The notes below the pieces were generated by a model, which worked only from the letters and a program-made list of their open reading frames with translations, ran no database searches and was not told where the DNA came from. DNA of 64,000 nucleotides from Trichoplax sp. H2 (Eukaryota): contig NOWV01000179.1 of NCBI GenBank assembly GCA_003344405.1, positions 1 through 64,000 of the forward strand. The letters run 5' to 3'. The stretch's first letter is position 1, and the number at the start of each line of letters is the position of its first letter. A program made the position numbers and the translations under genes. Of this stretch, positions 1 to 13,342 are shown in pieces.

Positions 1-2139
1 TTTACGGACTCACGTTACTTGAAATAAAATTTAATTTATTACTATTAGTCTTTATAAAAGATCGTCCACATTTATATATACTTTAATAAAATGCAAATGT
101 ATAGCTTACTAGATAAAAAACCGTGTACTAACATTAATAACAGATTGTAACGATAATTAACAATAGTTATTGTCGATTATAATCAACCAAGGTTAATGTA
201 GGAGACAGACTTTCCGAACTAATGTCATTACAAAACAAAATTTATCACTACAAGTATTTACGAATATCATCCGTATTCTTATTTGTAGATATCTACAGGA
301 TGTAAAATCTATCTAACAAGAGATATGACACTAGTATTTACAGTAAATGTTCTAATCTGACGTTATGATTTAAGATATAAACTGTTAAATAATTAATTTA
401 TCATAGCGATTAATTATATTAGAAACACCATGTCGACTCTCACTATCGGTTCTTGTTACTGTTACATTGATATAAACCTAATTTACAGGATGTGTAGAGT
501 TATTTTAGCAGAGATGATTTTAAAAAGCCTGTATGATTATAAGGTTAAAGACACTAGCTGTCAATTGATAGAGAAGAACTAGAAAGGATAAACATAATTT
601 TTCTATAACTATATTACCTTCGTAAATAGTTAATATCCCGTATGTAGAAATGAACTGCTTTTAATGTGAATATCTGTACATTGTGCATAATCATGATCTC
701 TATTACAGCAATCTACACATTACAGTAATGTAGTAATATAGTACGATTACAATTTATCGCAATATTTACTATATTTACGGATAAGTAAGCTCATATATTC
801 TTATGGCGACCTAGAATTGTTACGTAGTAGCTCATTTAGGATATATTTATTCGTATTTTACAGGTTACTAAAGAGAATTCGTTACGGTTAATATAGAGCC
901 GTAGAATGGAACACCTGTATAAATAATAACCTTTGATAATAAATTCAGCTCAAGAACGCAGTTATTCAAGTGATTTAATCAAGTAAATTAGAATATAGTC
1001 TTAACTTACTTTATGAGTTGACTTAAGCATCGTAGCCTGATAGATACTACGTACAGTATAGTACTTTAAGTAATTTAAGATTGGGAGATAGATAGACTGT
1101 GAAATTAATTAATTCTGCTAGTATATCTGTATCTACTCGCTTGAGTGTTATTGTAAGAAATTATAAAGGAGATCGCTCGGTCGATATTTTCTTCTTACAC
1201 GTTACGCTTTATATTGTTAAATATTACAATACAAATAAGAAAAACTTTCTAAACCTCTAGATTGCAACGCTTTATAATAAATAATTATACAAGGCGAAAA
1301 GAAATTGACTACTTCCGGAGATATCATGAATAAACTTATTCTCATATAGCTAAATAGATACTTTGTGTTATAAATATGACAAACTGCAGTTTTATTTCAG
1401 ATAGAATAAAATAACAGTAAAATCGCTAACACTATAGTGTATCAGTGAAGACTGGCGTTACGATGGAGGGATACTCGTTTATTTACTGTCCTATAGCTTA
1501 TATGTAAAATATATTCCTACTGAAGATATTTGTGAGAATATTAATTGATTTATGGAGTAATTATAAGAGAACATCGCAAATTTACAGATAACCCCATCAA
1601 AATTTAAAGACATCTACTGTAGCAGTATATCTAAAATAAACGTATATTCCTATAATACTATGCAAGTATATATTAACAATAGTTAGCTATTAATTACACT
1701 ATCATTGATTGAACTGTGTAATATTGGATTTTTTCGTTCGACTGATTATCTTAAAGCTGTAAATTGTAAACTCTAGCTTTACTGATCGCTGTAAACTACT
1801 GTATAGAAGAGAAAAATTTTAATTACAAAGTCTCTTGACCATAATCTAGCCTATTCACGTTTCAACGTAGGTAAACATCGGTGGATTGTAACGAAATGGA
1901 CAGCACTAGGTGATAAATGTAACTGCAATGGTTAGCAACGGTCCATAATGATTTTAAAATGCGGTTATAATATTCTATTCCTTAAAACTTTAATTTTTGC
2001 TTGACTATAGAATAAAGTTACTTGGCATCACTAACTCGACTGCAGCAAATTATGATAATAACGAACAGTTATGCGTTATTAGTTTTATGATAAGTAGTTT
2101 ACTGATGTCACAGTTATCTTCGACTACCGATAGACTTAC

Positions 2140-2360
2140 CTTACTATAGCGTAAATTCCATCAGAAAGAGCTAAATTAATAGTTAAAGCATCACTTAAGT
2201 TAAGATTATGTGCTTTTCTTCCGATAGCGTAACATAAGATTCCATTTCCAATACAGCTGAGTAGAGTAGTAATTACCAACAAGACCAAAAATACGATAGA
2301 TGTTTCTCGCGGATAGTAAAGATCGGAGTTAGATATATTTGTGTTTAGAGAAGAGTTCAT
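2140..2360 (-). CDS. Rhodopsin-class (class A) GPCR, first coding exon (N-terminus, TM1, TM2); remaining exons not identified in the window
   Basis: MNSSLNTNISNS N-terminus with N-glycosylation sequons, hydrophobic TM1 ending in GN (SCIGNGIL), TM2 motif INLALSD; AG|GTAAGT donor at 2139. Confidence 0.7.
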
Positions 2361-3332
2361 CTTCAAAGATATCTTATTATCGGTATTAAAATCGCAACAC
2401 GAACTATCTCGTTTAATATAATAGATGTAATAGGATTTTATGATCGTAGCCGTCACCGAGTGGTGGAAATAGATATTTATTTCTCTCTCCTCTTTAGGAT
2501 CTATTACATTGGCTTAATATTATTTACTATTTAAGACCTATCATAATTCAATATCATAAGTTGTTATAAGAATTGGAGACATGCGAAGTACTTGAAAGTA
2601 AAGAATTTAATATAATTATTAAGTAACGTAGTTACCATTACAGTATAGCATTATTATCATTTTACACATTCAATATTCTTTTCAAAGTCGTAGGCAAATA
2701 ACAATTAGTTTTAGATGGTTTAGATATATGTAGCTGTTTCTACACAATTGTATTTTAAATTGATGTTTAGTATTAATTTATTTATTTATAATTGCCGTAA
2801 TGACGCTATTGTAGTCGATGGCCAATAAAAATATTTCCTTTTCAATTTTTCATCATTGTACATAACATGGTTTCGTCCTTTACTTTATCGTTATTGTAAT
2901 TAGTTAATAACGTAAAACGAAATTATTTTATGCCTTGATAGATGATTGAATCGAGCATTAAATAAACTAAGATAATAATACTACACTAATCTTTTTATTA
3001 CGAACTGAAATGAAAGAATTGATTATTTCTAATGATTACTTTTAAAAGACTGACACGCGAAAACGTCTTACTGTTTATCGTTTATTAATTTTAAGATTAC
3101 CCAGTTACAATTCCTATAGTTTGTATTCTTTCCGGAAGAGAAATGGATATAAGTAATTGTATAAAATTTATTTAGGATTAAAGGTAAACGAAGGAGGTAT
3201 TAGATTTGTATACAGGAAATGGAAATAAACTCTAAGATTAATAATTGATCGATTAGCTCGTAACATACATAAAAGCTGATGGAGATTATTCTTAATTATG
3301 TAGATCCTATTTAAAGGACAACTTTAATTTTA

Positions 3333-5089
3333 CAAATTATGATTAGTCCGTCAACCTACTCAGGTCGTTAAAACTATTACCAAAATTTAAATATATAAGA
3401 CTCATGATTACAGTCACTTTCGTCACCATTGTACGTAAGGCTATTAGTGGGACGAATTGTAAACAGATATTGTAAGGTGTTATTGTAAAATTTCCCTTTA
3501 TTAGTGATCTGAATAGCCAGTTAATTTTCTTATAATTATTAAACAACTTAGTTGATCCAACTTATACGTGAGATCATCTGATTTTTGGTCGCTTAAATTT
3601 ATGATTAAAATTCAAACATGGTATGAAATCTTTACTAATATCGTTATTAAAACATTGAGCATCTATTTGACTATTTGGCGTTTAGATTGAACGCTTCTAA
3701 CGGAATATTTATTATTGCTTTCTAGAAAAATAGTCTCTTAGTGAACTTTTCATAGTAGTCACCGAGTTGGCCTCAGCAAATTAGAAAAGAATTTTTTAGT
3801 ATAGCAATATCAAATTTGAAAACATTCTTTTTCACGAGTACGATACTCTAACCAATCTTATACAACTGTTACAGTTGGATGCGATAGAATTTTCAATTAA
3901 ATCAAACTTGAGTCGAAATACTATACGCTACTGTACGCGTAGCTACTACTTTTAACACCTGTCGCATTGGTGACAAAACACAGAATACAGTAAGTAAGGT
4001 CGTGGCAATGAACGGAAATAACGTTATCGGGTCTAATCTACTGTAAACTACTCAACCTAAGTTGAAGTTAAGTCAATCACGTTACCAATTAACTAATTAT
4101 TGATTATATACGAGTATAATTAGTGAATAATGAACACCTTAGAATAGTCTAGGTAAGGTGATATGCTATGTTAGATATTTATTTTGCGAGGCTCGTAGTT
4201 AATATTTTAGTAATAGAGTTGTGATATAAAGTATCAACTATTACGAGTTTATCAGCTAAAGATTGAAAGGCATACTAGATTTTAATATATAATCAAACCG
4301 TATATAGAAGGAGAATGAGGATTTCAAGACCTTAAGTTCCAGAATATCTACATATTCGTATCTATTTAGTAACTGTGCAGTATATATTAATTAATGCAAC
4401 TTGTAAAGTGTGTGTTGTATTAACTCCAGTCAACACCGGAATTCATGATAGAAATCAGTTTAAGCGTATGTGGTTGTAAAATAAAAGTAGTAATTGCTTA
4501 AGCTAAGAAGTGTTCAGGAGTTGTAACGTAAAGAAAAGTGTAGCAATTAATCNNNNNNNNNNNNNNNNNNNNCAAATTATGATTAGTCCGTCAACCTACT
4601 CAGGTCGTTAAAACTATTACCAAAATTTAAATATATAAGACTCATGATTACAGTCACTTTCGTCACCATTGTACGTAAGGCTATTAGTGGGACGAATTGT
4701 AAACAGATATTGTAAGGTGTTATTGTAAAATTTCTCTTTATTAGTGATCTGAATAGCCAGTTAATTTTCTTATAATTATTAAACAACTTAGTTGATCCAA
4801 CTTATACGTGAGATCATCTGATTTTTGGTCGCTTAAATTTATGATTAAAATTCAAACATGGTATGAAATCTTTACTAATATCGTTATTAAAACATTGAGC
4901 ATCTATTTGACTATTTGGCGTTTAGATTGAACGCTTCTAACGGAATATTTATTATTGCTTTCTAGAAAAATAGTCTCTTAGTGAACTTTTCATAGTAGTC
5001 ACCGAGTTGGCCTCAGCAAATTAGAAAAGAATTTTTTAGTATAGCAATATCAAATTTGAAACATTCTTTTTCACGAATACGATACTCTA
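3333..5089. repeat. Near-identical ~517 bp duplication (3333-3850 vs 4573-5089) flanking a 20-N gap (4553-4572); probably uncollapsed haplotypes
   Basis: The second copy starts exactly at the gap edge. By eye the copies differ by about two substitutions and one 1-nt indel. 3851-4552 follows only the first copy. Confidence 0.8.
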
Positions 5090-8000
5090 TAAATCGGTTC
5101 CAGCTTAGTACGGTAACGTAAACAGTATCACAGCTCTGGTAGATATAGTAATGTACAACAGTATTTCCGCTACCAATATAACAATAAAACTTCGTCTAAT
5201 GAATTTTAGTTTAGGCAGTATATAAATATGAGACAGGAGTTGATATCAAAATAGAAAAATATTGATTTTGCAAACTACAATCATACTTTTGCATGAGTAT
5301 TGTGATCAAATTAAGGTATAATTCAGGAAAAGTTACTTCATTCCTTAGTTTGGCATCACCACTATCATTGCTATATTTGATTTAAAGCTCCATACTTTGT
5401 ATGTTGGATTTTGCTGAAAAATTTTAGCAGAAGTTTTGCCTGACCCAAAGTTACTATCTATTTTTGCTTTTGCAGATGAGATAGTACTATCGGTGTATTT
5501 GGAATTGGATGTAATTGAGTCCTTTGCTTCGATTTTAACTAGTGAGTTTTTAGTATCTTTTGTAGTTTGATGGCTATAAATGTTTACAGATTGACTTTTT
5601 TTATCAATGTCAGACAAATCATATAAGTTGTTATTCAGAAAGGAAGATTCAGCAAACTGAATACAGGAAACGTCCAAGCAATACTTTCCAGCACCAAAAA
5701 ATACGATATGGCATTCTTGTTCAATAGTTTGAGCAATTTTTAACTGATTTAAAGAGATAAATAGAAATTAGAGCTATAATAAAATTTACGGCAGCATTAT
5801 TAGGCGTTATCAAGGCCAAAAGCAGTCTTATACCTCAGGAACAACAAGGTGCTCAGTTCCAACTACCGCACATTTATCTAATAGCTGGGTATCGTAGTAA
5901 CCATTTTCGTAATCTTGGTATGATTCGATCGTAATACAAAGATTTTGCAACGGTGAGCCTAAATCGTAACGATTAATTAGTTTAGTATAATACCGTAAAT
6001 TAATTATCAAAGCACTCACCAGAAATGTTGGTTATGACGGCTTTCACAGATACAGTACTTCCAACAGTAAAAGAATCTTGCACTTCACTGCTAATTGGTT
6101 TATCGTTTACATGCACATCTGTTAAAAATATAGTTATAATACATAAAGATAAATGACGTATCGCTTTTGATAAACAACCATTAACTAACCTATTTTTACT
6201 GGAGCCAAGGTAATTCTGTCAATCATTCCTAAAGTTAAATGGTTTGAATTAAGTTGAACTATTCCGGATTTTCCGCAAGAACGCTATGTGCACACTATTA
6301 AGGATCAAACGAAAAACTTTAAAGACAATAGTACTCCATAACGGACTCATTAGTAGATTTTTCTGTATAACTTATAGGATACAATCCGCCATCTTAATTC
6401 TATAGCATCGGAGAGCTTCTTTAAATACAACTTTTCTTTTAATAAATTTTCCTGATTAGAAACTTTCGCTATTTCAATTTTTTCGATAGAAATCGCAACA
6501 CTGCGGAAAAAAAGGCAATAAGAGCTCCTTTAAATTAAATTGCACAAATTGCAAGGTTTTTATTTACCACAAGTACCACATGTAATAGTTGGTAAACTAA
6601 CCGTCTAGCTGCCCCTTTAGGAATAAGTATGTGAGTCGGTTTACCAGTTTTAGTTACAGTCCAGTAAAATTCGATCGAGAAAGTGGTTAAGTTTTCGACA
6701 TCGAACACAATTAGGCACTCATTGCAGCTAAAAAAATTCAAAAAATTACCTATTGAGCTAGTCGTAAATGGCGCAATACTTGAAATACCAAGTAAAATAT
6801 ATTCACACTATAGAACAATTACCTATCGTCGGATAAAACATCAAAATTTAAAATTCTTACAGAAGGTTTTATCGTAATATTAAATACAGCTTCAATTTGA
6901 CGACAGTATTCATTGTGAATGATGCCTCCACTGTAAGTACATTTCAATGCGGAGGTAATTTTTTCTGTATTAACGTCGGTAACAGCTGCAATATCGTTAT
7001 ATGGGATATTTAATGCAATCGGTAATTTTATAGTCTTTCTCTGTTGGCATGGTAACTTATGTTCCAGATCTTCATTACACCAATCGAATAAGGTAGCACC
7101 ACCTATTACAAATATAGTAGTCGGCATGAATGTAAAGTATTAGTTTTAGTTATTAAATCCTTTGATCAGGGCAATACAATTGTACTCACTGTTACTGCTG
7201 CTATTAACGACTTGTAGATTTAAGAAGTTCACATCGATACATGATACGTTCTCGAAAATCATGTCGAAAGGATTTCTATTGAAAAAATCTATCATTAGCC
7301 GTTCTGGTACTCTTAAACTTTTGATGGGTAAAAATTTATCTTTACCTTTCTCCAGTATAAGTAGTTAAATTTGTAACCAATGTTTGGATTTCATTTGATG
7401 TTGTAACTACAAAACCAGGTGATAATGTGGACGAAATACGTATCAGGGGTAACGCAGGTATAACGTCAATTTCACGACGCAAACTTTCGTTGCAGAATGT
7501 TGACGTGCATAAGCTATTTAGTCCAAAAACTTGGCTGCTGTAGCCTAAAATATGTAATTTGCCTTTGCTACATGGAATACCAGTTAACATCATAGACACA
7601 GGCTCAGATTTTGGAGGTAGTGCAATAGCCGCCGGATGGGGATCGAAAGCAATATCATCCACTAACAGTGTCATCTTGCTAACCTTCACTTCAAGAGGCA
7701 TGGGATTAACTAGTTTTATTTCAACTCTAAGAGTTTCGTTTTGAATTGTAATTGGGATTTCATCGGTTTTTCCTTTAGTTGATCGTTTCTGTAGTGCGGA
7801 GAATATGAAGCAGTTCTGATTATCGGAATCAGTATTTGCTAACATCTTAACAGGTCGCAATTGGGTAGGAAGTGGGACAATAGTAAATTGGATAATACAG
7901 GGAAACATTGTCATTGCCATTGGTTGGCTACCGTAATTGCGATTAAAAGTAAATTGATACGGGCTTCCAGTGATATTTTTCGACTGCATCTCAAGAAGGG

Positions 8001-10624
8001 CACAGTAAGTTTGTTTATCCGAATCACTCAGTGAACTATCCATAAATTGTAAAATAAAAATAAGAAGTCGGGAAGCAATAGCAGGATCATTAAGGTGTCT
8101 CGAACACATTATTAATTCCTTTAAAACATGTAACTGAAGGGCTGGCCAACCAGATCTATCCTTAGCACATAATTGGAAATCAGGATGTAAGTTATACCCT
8201 TTCAAGGCCTTTTTCATGAGTGAATATACAGCAATCCAAGGATGATTTGTAATATTTCTCGATAAACACTGCATTGATGCTATACGAGATATAAAAGCAG
8301 CTTTTCGGCCAAAATTAATCTTTTCATAAATATGGCTAACAAAGCAATAACGTTGAATTTTTTGCTCTTCGCTCAATGGATAGTTGGTATATAAGATTCT
8401 CATCAGCGTTTCTGATGTCTCTACTTTTTTATCTGCAGAAGCCAAAACATTGGCTAACTTGATATTAGCTTCTAATTCAATTAACGGTGCAACATTGATC
8501 CTGTTATAAATTTTAATTGCTTCTAGATATCTTTCAATAACGTCATTCGTTGATAATAGGTTAGCATTCAGCGAAGGTACAGTTGCGACAGCGTTATCAT
8601 CTTTGGTCGCTACAGCATTAAAAGATGGAGATCTTCTACCTTTACCTTCAGGTAATACAGCAGCACTCCCAGGAGTAAGGACGTAGTCTCCACCTTTTAA
8701 AAATTAGATATCTGTATTACTAATATGTTGATTTTTTATTAGTAAAGTATAAGAGAAGTAAAGTTTATAGCAGGTTACTGCATTTTCAAATATCAGCAAT
8801 TGTATTATATCGAACGTTTTCAAGCAAATGAACGACTATGCGTGCACATTATGAGTTCAATTATAAAAAGTAGCAATGACTGATCTGGTAATACTATATT
8901 CTAACTTTTTATTGATAATTTGAATGGACTATATCCCAGTAGAACTTGAACTCTTATCTGAATACCGCAATCGCAAAAGTACTTTACTGTTGATAAAATT
9001 TGAAAGCTCAAGCTTTCATACGCTTTGGAGAAGATAGAATCATGACAGTGTATGTGTGCATGTGTAATTGCAAAAGAAAGAACGCAACTAAGTGGTCAAG
9101 ATAAAGAGTATGATTGGTTGTTATTTAGTAGATATCGGTTTTAATAAAATGCAGAATTAATAGTTCCTATACACTTGTCGAATATAATACCCGTAGAGGG
9201 TAAAAAAAAGAATACCTCTATACATATAGTATTACACTATCATAGCTAATTTAACGGGGACAGTATTTACTTTTGCATATGATGGTAGCAGCACAGATGC
9301 CTTCTAATGCGCTGGCTAGCCAGAGTAAATCATTTGCAGAGCGTAGCCCATCGACAGCAGCAGCATAGTGGCTCAAGGCATCATAGGATAAATTGGCCAG
9401 TAAACATAAATCACCAAGTCGTTTTTTATTCCTGCCAGCACATTTCTTCTTATAGCCGCTATTACATATTTGACAAAAAAAAAGTTGCACGGAATAAAAA
9501 ACAATCTAAGTTAAAATATACAATACTTCCTATTTATTAAATAGCTTTGAATATGTACGTAAGAGACACAGGTGCTACGCTCGATTTTACGACAACGCAA
9601 CTAAGCACTTTATCATTCAGTATAGAATAATATTTGAATTGGGAGACGGAAAGGTTAATAAGTCGTATTAATGATATACGGTAAATGATGATAAAACAAA
9701 CAATCTTCTACTACGTCGAGATCATACTACACTATCGTACTACATTATCAAGATAATCATATTGTTATTTCTGTAATGTTGCTATCGATCAGGTAGAAGT
9801 TGACAGACTTACCTTTGATATACATCGAAAACATTTCTGTTGCTGTCCGTTCTTGTATCATATTAAAATAAATTACATCAGTACAGTAGAATGTTTGAGT
9901 ATACGCGTATACCAATTGATGTCTATTGATATCATTACAGTATAAGAGAAGAGGAGGAAATCAATTGTTGACAAATGACTGATTACTATTGCGCTGCGAT
10001 TGTAATTGCTAGCGTGACAGCAATGGATAACATTGGTTTGCAATAGTTTTACCTATCATCTTGAGATCCGCTGTCATTTTCTAATGATATTTTTAACATA
10101 GTCATTTTATCAGGCTTTTCATTCAGTTTTTCGACACGTTTAGAGTCCAAGATCCAGAATAGAGATGCACCAAATTCAGGTATTGCAGTAGATAAGACAT
10201 GTTGATAGTTTTGCAAATTGATGACAATCGCTTCAGTTTGATCAGGTAACGATTGGTCAGTCATAATAATGAAACGACTATCGAATAAAGTTTCAGAATA
10301 TTGGGTAAGCGTATCTTGAAATTTTTGGTTTAGTTGGGCAAATTGGTCATTGGTTTTTGTTAAATCGCCTATGCAAAATAATCCTAGAACTTGCTTATGC
10401 ATATGCAAGGTGCCCCAAATACGACTTTCATGAGCATGAACATTTTGAACAAATTTAAGTCTAACTACACGATTGGCATTGGGTAGGCTAACACGTTGAT
10501 AACGGCTACGCAACAGCGTATAAATACGTTGAAATTGTTGACGAGGAATATTGCCCACTGGTTGAACTAAAACTAACATACATCGATGATCAAATGTCGT
10601 TTGTGAGAAGTCAATGCCTGCCAT
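5013..10624 (-). CDS. TRAPPC9: Trafficking protein particle complex subunit 9 (NIBP/Trs120), multi-exon; 3' end uncertain
   Basis: ATG 10624 (MAGIDFSQTTFDHRCMLVLVQPVG); exons include 10624-10053, 9458-9271 (YKKKCAGRNKKRLGDLCLLA...DLLWLASALEG) and 8693-7346 (FGRKAAF, SGWPALQLHVL, FIFSAL, LVNPMPLEVKV), then several short exons including YQDYENG and FLGAGKYCLDVSC. Last exon tentatively 5195-5013. Confidence 0.92.
6284..6382 (-). other. U12-type (minor spliceosome) GT-AG intron in TRAPPC9, 99 nt
   Basis: 5' site GTATCCTAT at 6382; branch sequence TCCTTAAT at 6304-6297; AG 14 nt after the branch A; no polypyrimidine tract. Splicing joins ELRWRI|RSCGKSG in frame. Confidence 0.85.
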
Positions 10625-10954
10625 GATGAGGTGATGATCGCCCTTTTCAAGGTTGATTTGTATCTCTTGACTCGTACACCACTCCAATGATACAGTAATA
10701 TCAAGAAAACATGCTGGAAAGCCAATTTACCTTGACTTTGACTGAATTAAACATGAATGACAAGATTTCAATGTTATCAAATCTACATAAGCTGTTACTA
10801 GAGCGGCTAACAGCTACAACGGGTAGACAAGAATTACTGCTCAATTGGTAATAATCTCGCAGGCGGAGGATTTGACGCTGGTGATTTCGATCCTTGTCGT
10901 ACCGTGTGGTAGTAGTGTGTAGTATGTGTGGAGTACAGTAGTAGGCTTGTACCT

Positions 10955-11575
10955 GAGTGCTGTGAAGATGTTGTCGGCCATAGAAGTTTTCTAATGCTGT
11001 ATCTCTATGGGAACTGGACAGTACTGGTACTGTGAAGAATCAAGATATTGTCGGCCATAGAAGTGCGCATACTCTGTATGGGAACTGGATAGTACTGGTA
11101 CTGGTACTGGTGCTACTGGTACTGTGAAGAATCAAGATATTGTCGGCCATAGAAGTGCGCATACTCTGTATGGGAACTGGATAGTACTGGTACTGGTACT
11201 GGTGCTACTGGTACTGTGAAGAATCAAGCAAGATATTGTCGGCCATAGAAGTGCGCATACTCAGTATGGGAATTGGACAGTACCAGTACTAGTACCAGTA
11301 CTAGTACCAGTACCAGTACCAGTACCAGTACAGTGCTGTGAAGAATCAAGATGTTGTCGGCCATAGAAGTTTTAATACTCTCTATGGGAACTGGACAGTG
11401 GACAGTACTAATACTAGTACCAGTACCAGTACCAGTACAGTAGAGTGCTGTGAAGAATCAAGATATTGTCGGCCATAGAAGTTTTCTAATACTCTCTTAT
11501 ATGGGAACTGGACAGTATGCAGTATCAGTATCAGTACCAGTATCAGTATCAGTATCAGTATCAGTACCAGTACAG
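10955..11575. repeat. Minisatellite, 6 units (period 77-118 bp): conserved core plus variable hexamer microsatellite spacer
   Basis: Core TTGTCGGCCATAGAAGT...TATGGGAACTGGA starts at 10971, 11048, 11140, 11236, 11354 and 11466. Spacers are (ACTGGT)n, then (ACCAGT)n, then (ATCAGT)n. Confidence 0.9.
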
Positions 11576-12379
11576 CACTTCCTTTTATAAAAACAGCAGA
11601 TAGTGTTGTACTGTACAATGTACTGTACTTACAGTACAATCGTACTGTACATTCGGTTTGATAGTGTTGCTGTTGCTGACTGTCCAATACTGTATCCATC
11701 CATTCTTGTCACTGTAACTTACAATAGAAAGTACTATAAGGTCGCTCATTATGTACTGTACAGTACTGTACTACACTGTGTACGTAGAGATACACAGTGT
11801 AGTACAGTACTGTATAAGAAAGTCTATGGCTTACAGTACAGTACTGTACAGTATGTACTGTACACCAAGGGTCTCCAGCCTAGTCTGTACAGTACAGTAC
11901 TGTACACTAATGTACTGTAGATAGAGATAATCCGGCAGCACTGGCACTCGATTGATATACTGTACTGTCAAGCAGTTCATAACGACGGTATCAACCCCCC
12001 CCCGCCTATTACGCTTTGGTCAGGAGCCAACGTGGCTTGCAGTAGCTAGTTGACAGTACTATAGGCTTTAAAGGCGGAAACACTGCAATGACGTAGCACT
12101 ACCACAGCTGATCAAAGCTGAAAATTAGAAACGAGGTTTTTGGACCATTGGTTTGATTATTTTGCGTGTGTTCGAGAATTGATGGTATTCAAACTATTTC
12201 AAAGTGCAATGCGTTTCGCAATCCTATGCGTAGAGTAGATGTGAATACACTGTACTGGAGCGATCACAGGCCACACCACTAATACAGTATACTGTACTTG
12301 TACAATATTGGATAATTTCATAAATAATCAAGTCATCCAAACCGGAAAAGCCATAACAGCATCTTGAAGCAGAAATAGG

Positions 12380-12526
12380 ATGAGAAATAGGTTATGCTTG
12401 TGCGTTTACGCCAGTGGAGCGATTGTGCTTGGAATGGGCATTCAGTATGATTGGAGATTTCTCTATAATCTACCGACATACAGTGGTGTTGCTGGGAGAT
12501 GGAAATACATGACAACTTTGAATTTC
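12380..12526 (+). CDS. AIG1: AIG1/ADTRP-family locus 1, variable first exon 1a (49 aa, includes catalytic Thr)
   Basis: MRNRLCLC...GVAGRWKYMTTLNF followed by GTAAGT at 12527, phase 0; matches the family YGGxWKFLT motif. Confidence 0.85.
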
Positions 12527-13195
12527 GTAAGTTTCAACAGCTCAAGTTTCCTACCGCTAGTGATAGATTCCAACTCATTCATTCATTCATTCATTAACCT
12601 CCTAGTGAAGCAGTACCGCACTGCATTATTAATTCAATTCAATGGTCAATTAGGAGCAACCGCAAGTACAGTAGTAAGATTCATTCATGAATTATCACAA
12701 CTCTATTGCAAATGGAATAGAGCATTCTGAATATTTTGGCGGTGCTGTATAGTAGTATAGTTAGTATATTGTAAACGCTTACCAATTTCGATGGTAAGTT
12801 ATGAAATAAAAAAATGTATAATGACGTATCATTCATTCTCTTTTCATTTTCTACTAGTTAATTTTGAGATTTACAAGCGTTTACAATATGCTTACTCAAC
12901 CACATGATGATGACGTAAATTTCCTCTAAAAAAAAAATGGAAAGTGAAGTCAGGAACGGGGAGTAGCCTGTGTACAGTACAGTACTGTACACTGTACAGT
13001 GTACAGACTGTGCGACAGCTTCACCCGCTCTCCTCCCACCCCACCCCACCCCCCGGCGTACATAATATACTGTACTGTACAGTGGATACTGGGTAGTGTA
13101 CAGTATACACCAAACTCCACTGACTCAGTTCAGCATATTTAGCCTTATGACTTGTATCATAGCCGATCGATCTATAGAACAGGGAAGCAAGCACG

Positions 13196-13342
13196 ATGAG
13201 AAATAGTTTACTTTTATGCTTTTACGCCTTTATGGCAGTTGTGTTTGGAATTACGGCAAAGTATGATTGGGATAATCTCTGTGATATGCCGTCTCGCAGA
13301 GGATATGCTAAACGATGGAAGTATCTGACTGTATGGAATTTC
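13196..13342 (+). CDS. AIG1: AIG1/ADTRP-family locus 1, variable first exon 1b (49 aa, includes catalytic Thr)
   Basis: MRNSLLLC...GYAKRWKYLTVWNF followed by GTAAGT at 13343, phase 0. Confidence 0.85.

Noticed and set aside
3851-4552. Haplotype-specific segment with hairpin CAACTGTTACAGTTG, considered as a Helitron end or LTR
   Set aside because: No CTRR|T terminus at the junction, imperfect LTR termini, no target duplication or PBS; the right end is lost in the gap.
3343-4786. Twin 67-aa ORFs suggesting a duplicated small gene
   Set aside because: Non-ATG starts, no recognisable product, and both lie in the gap-flanking duplication, which is probably allelic.
10955-11575. CRISPR-like repeat/spacer appearance
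   Set aside because: The core is ~60 bp, the spacers are microsatellite rather than unique, there are no cas genes, and the context is eukaryotic.
11382-11920. ORFs 11382-11699 (-) and 11603-11920 (+)
   Set aside because: Translations of hexamer and CAGTA repeats (VLVLVL, YSTVLY); no domain.
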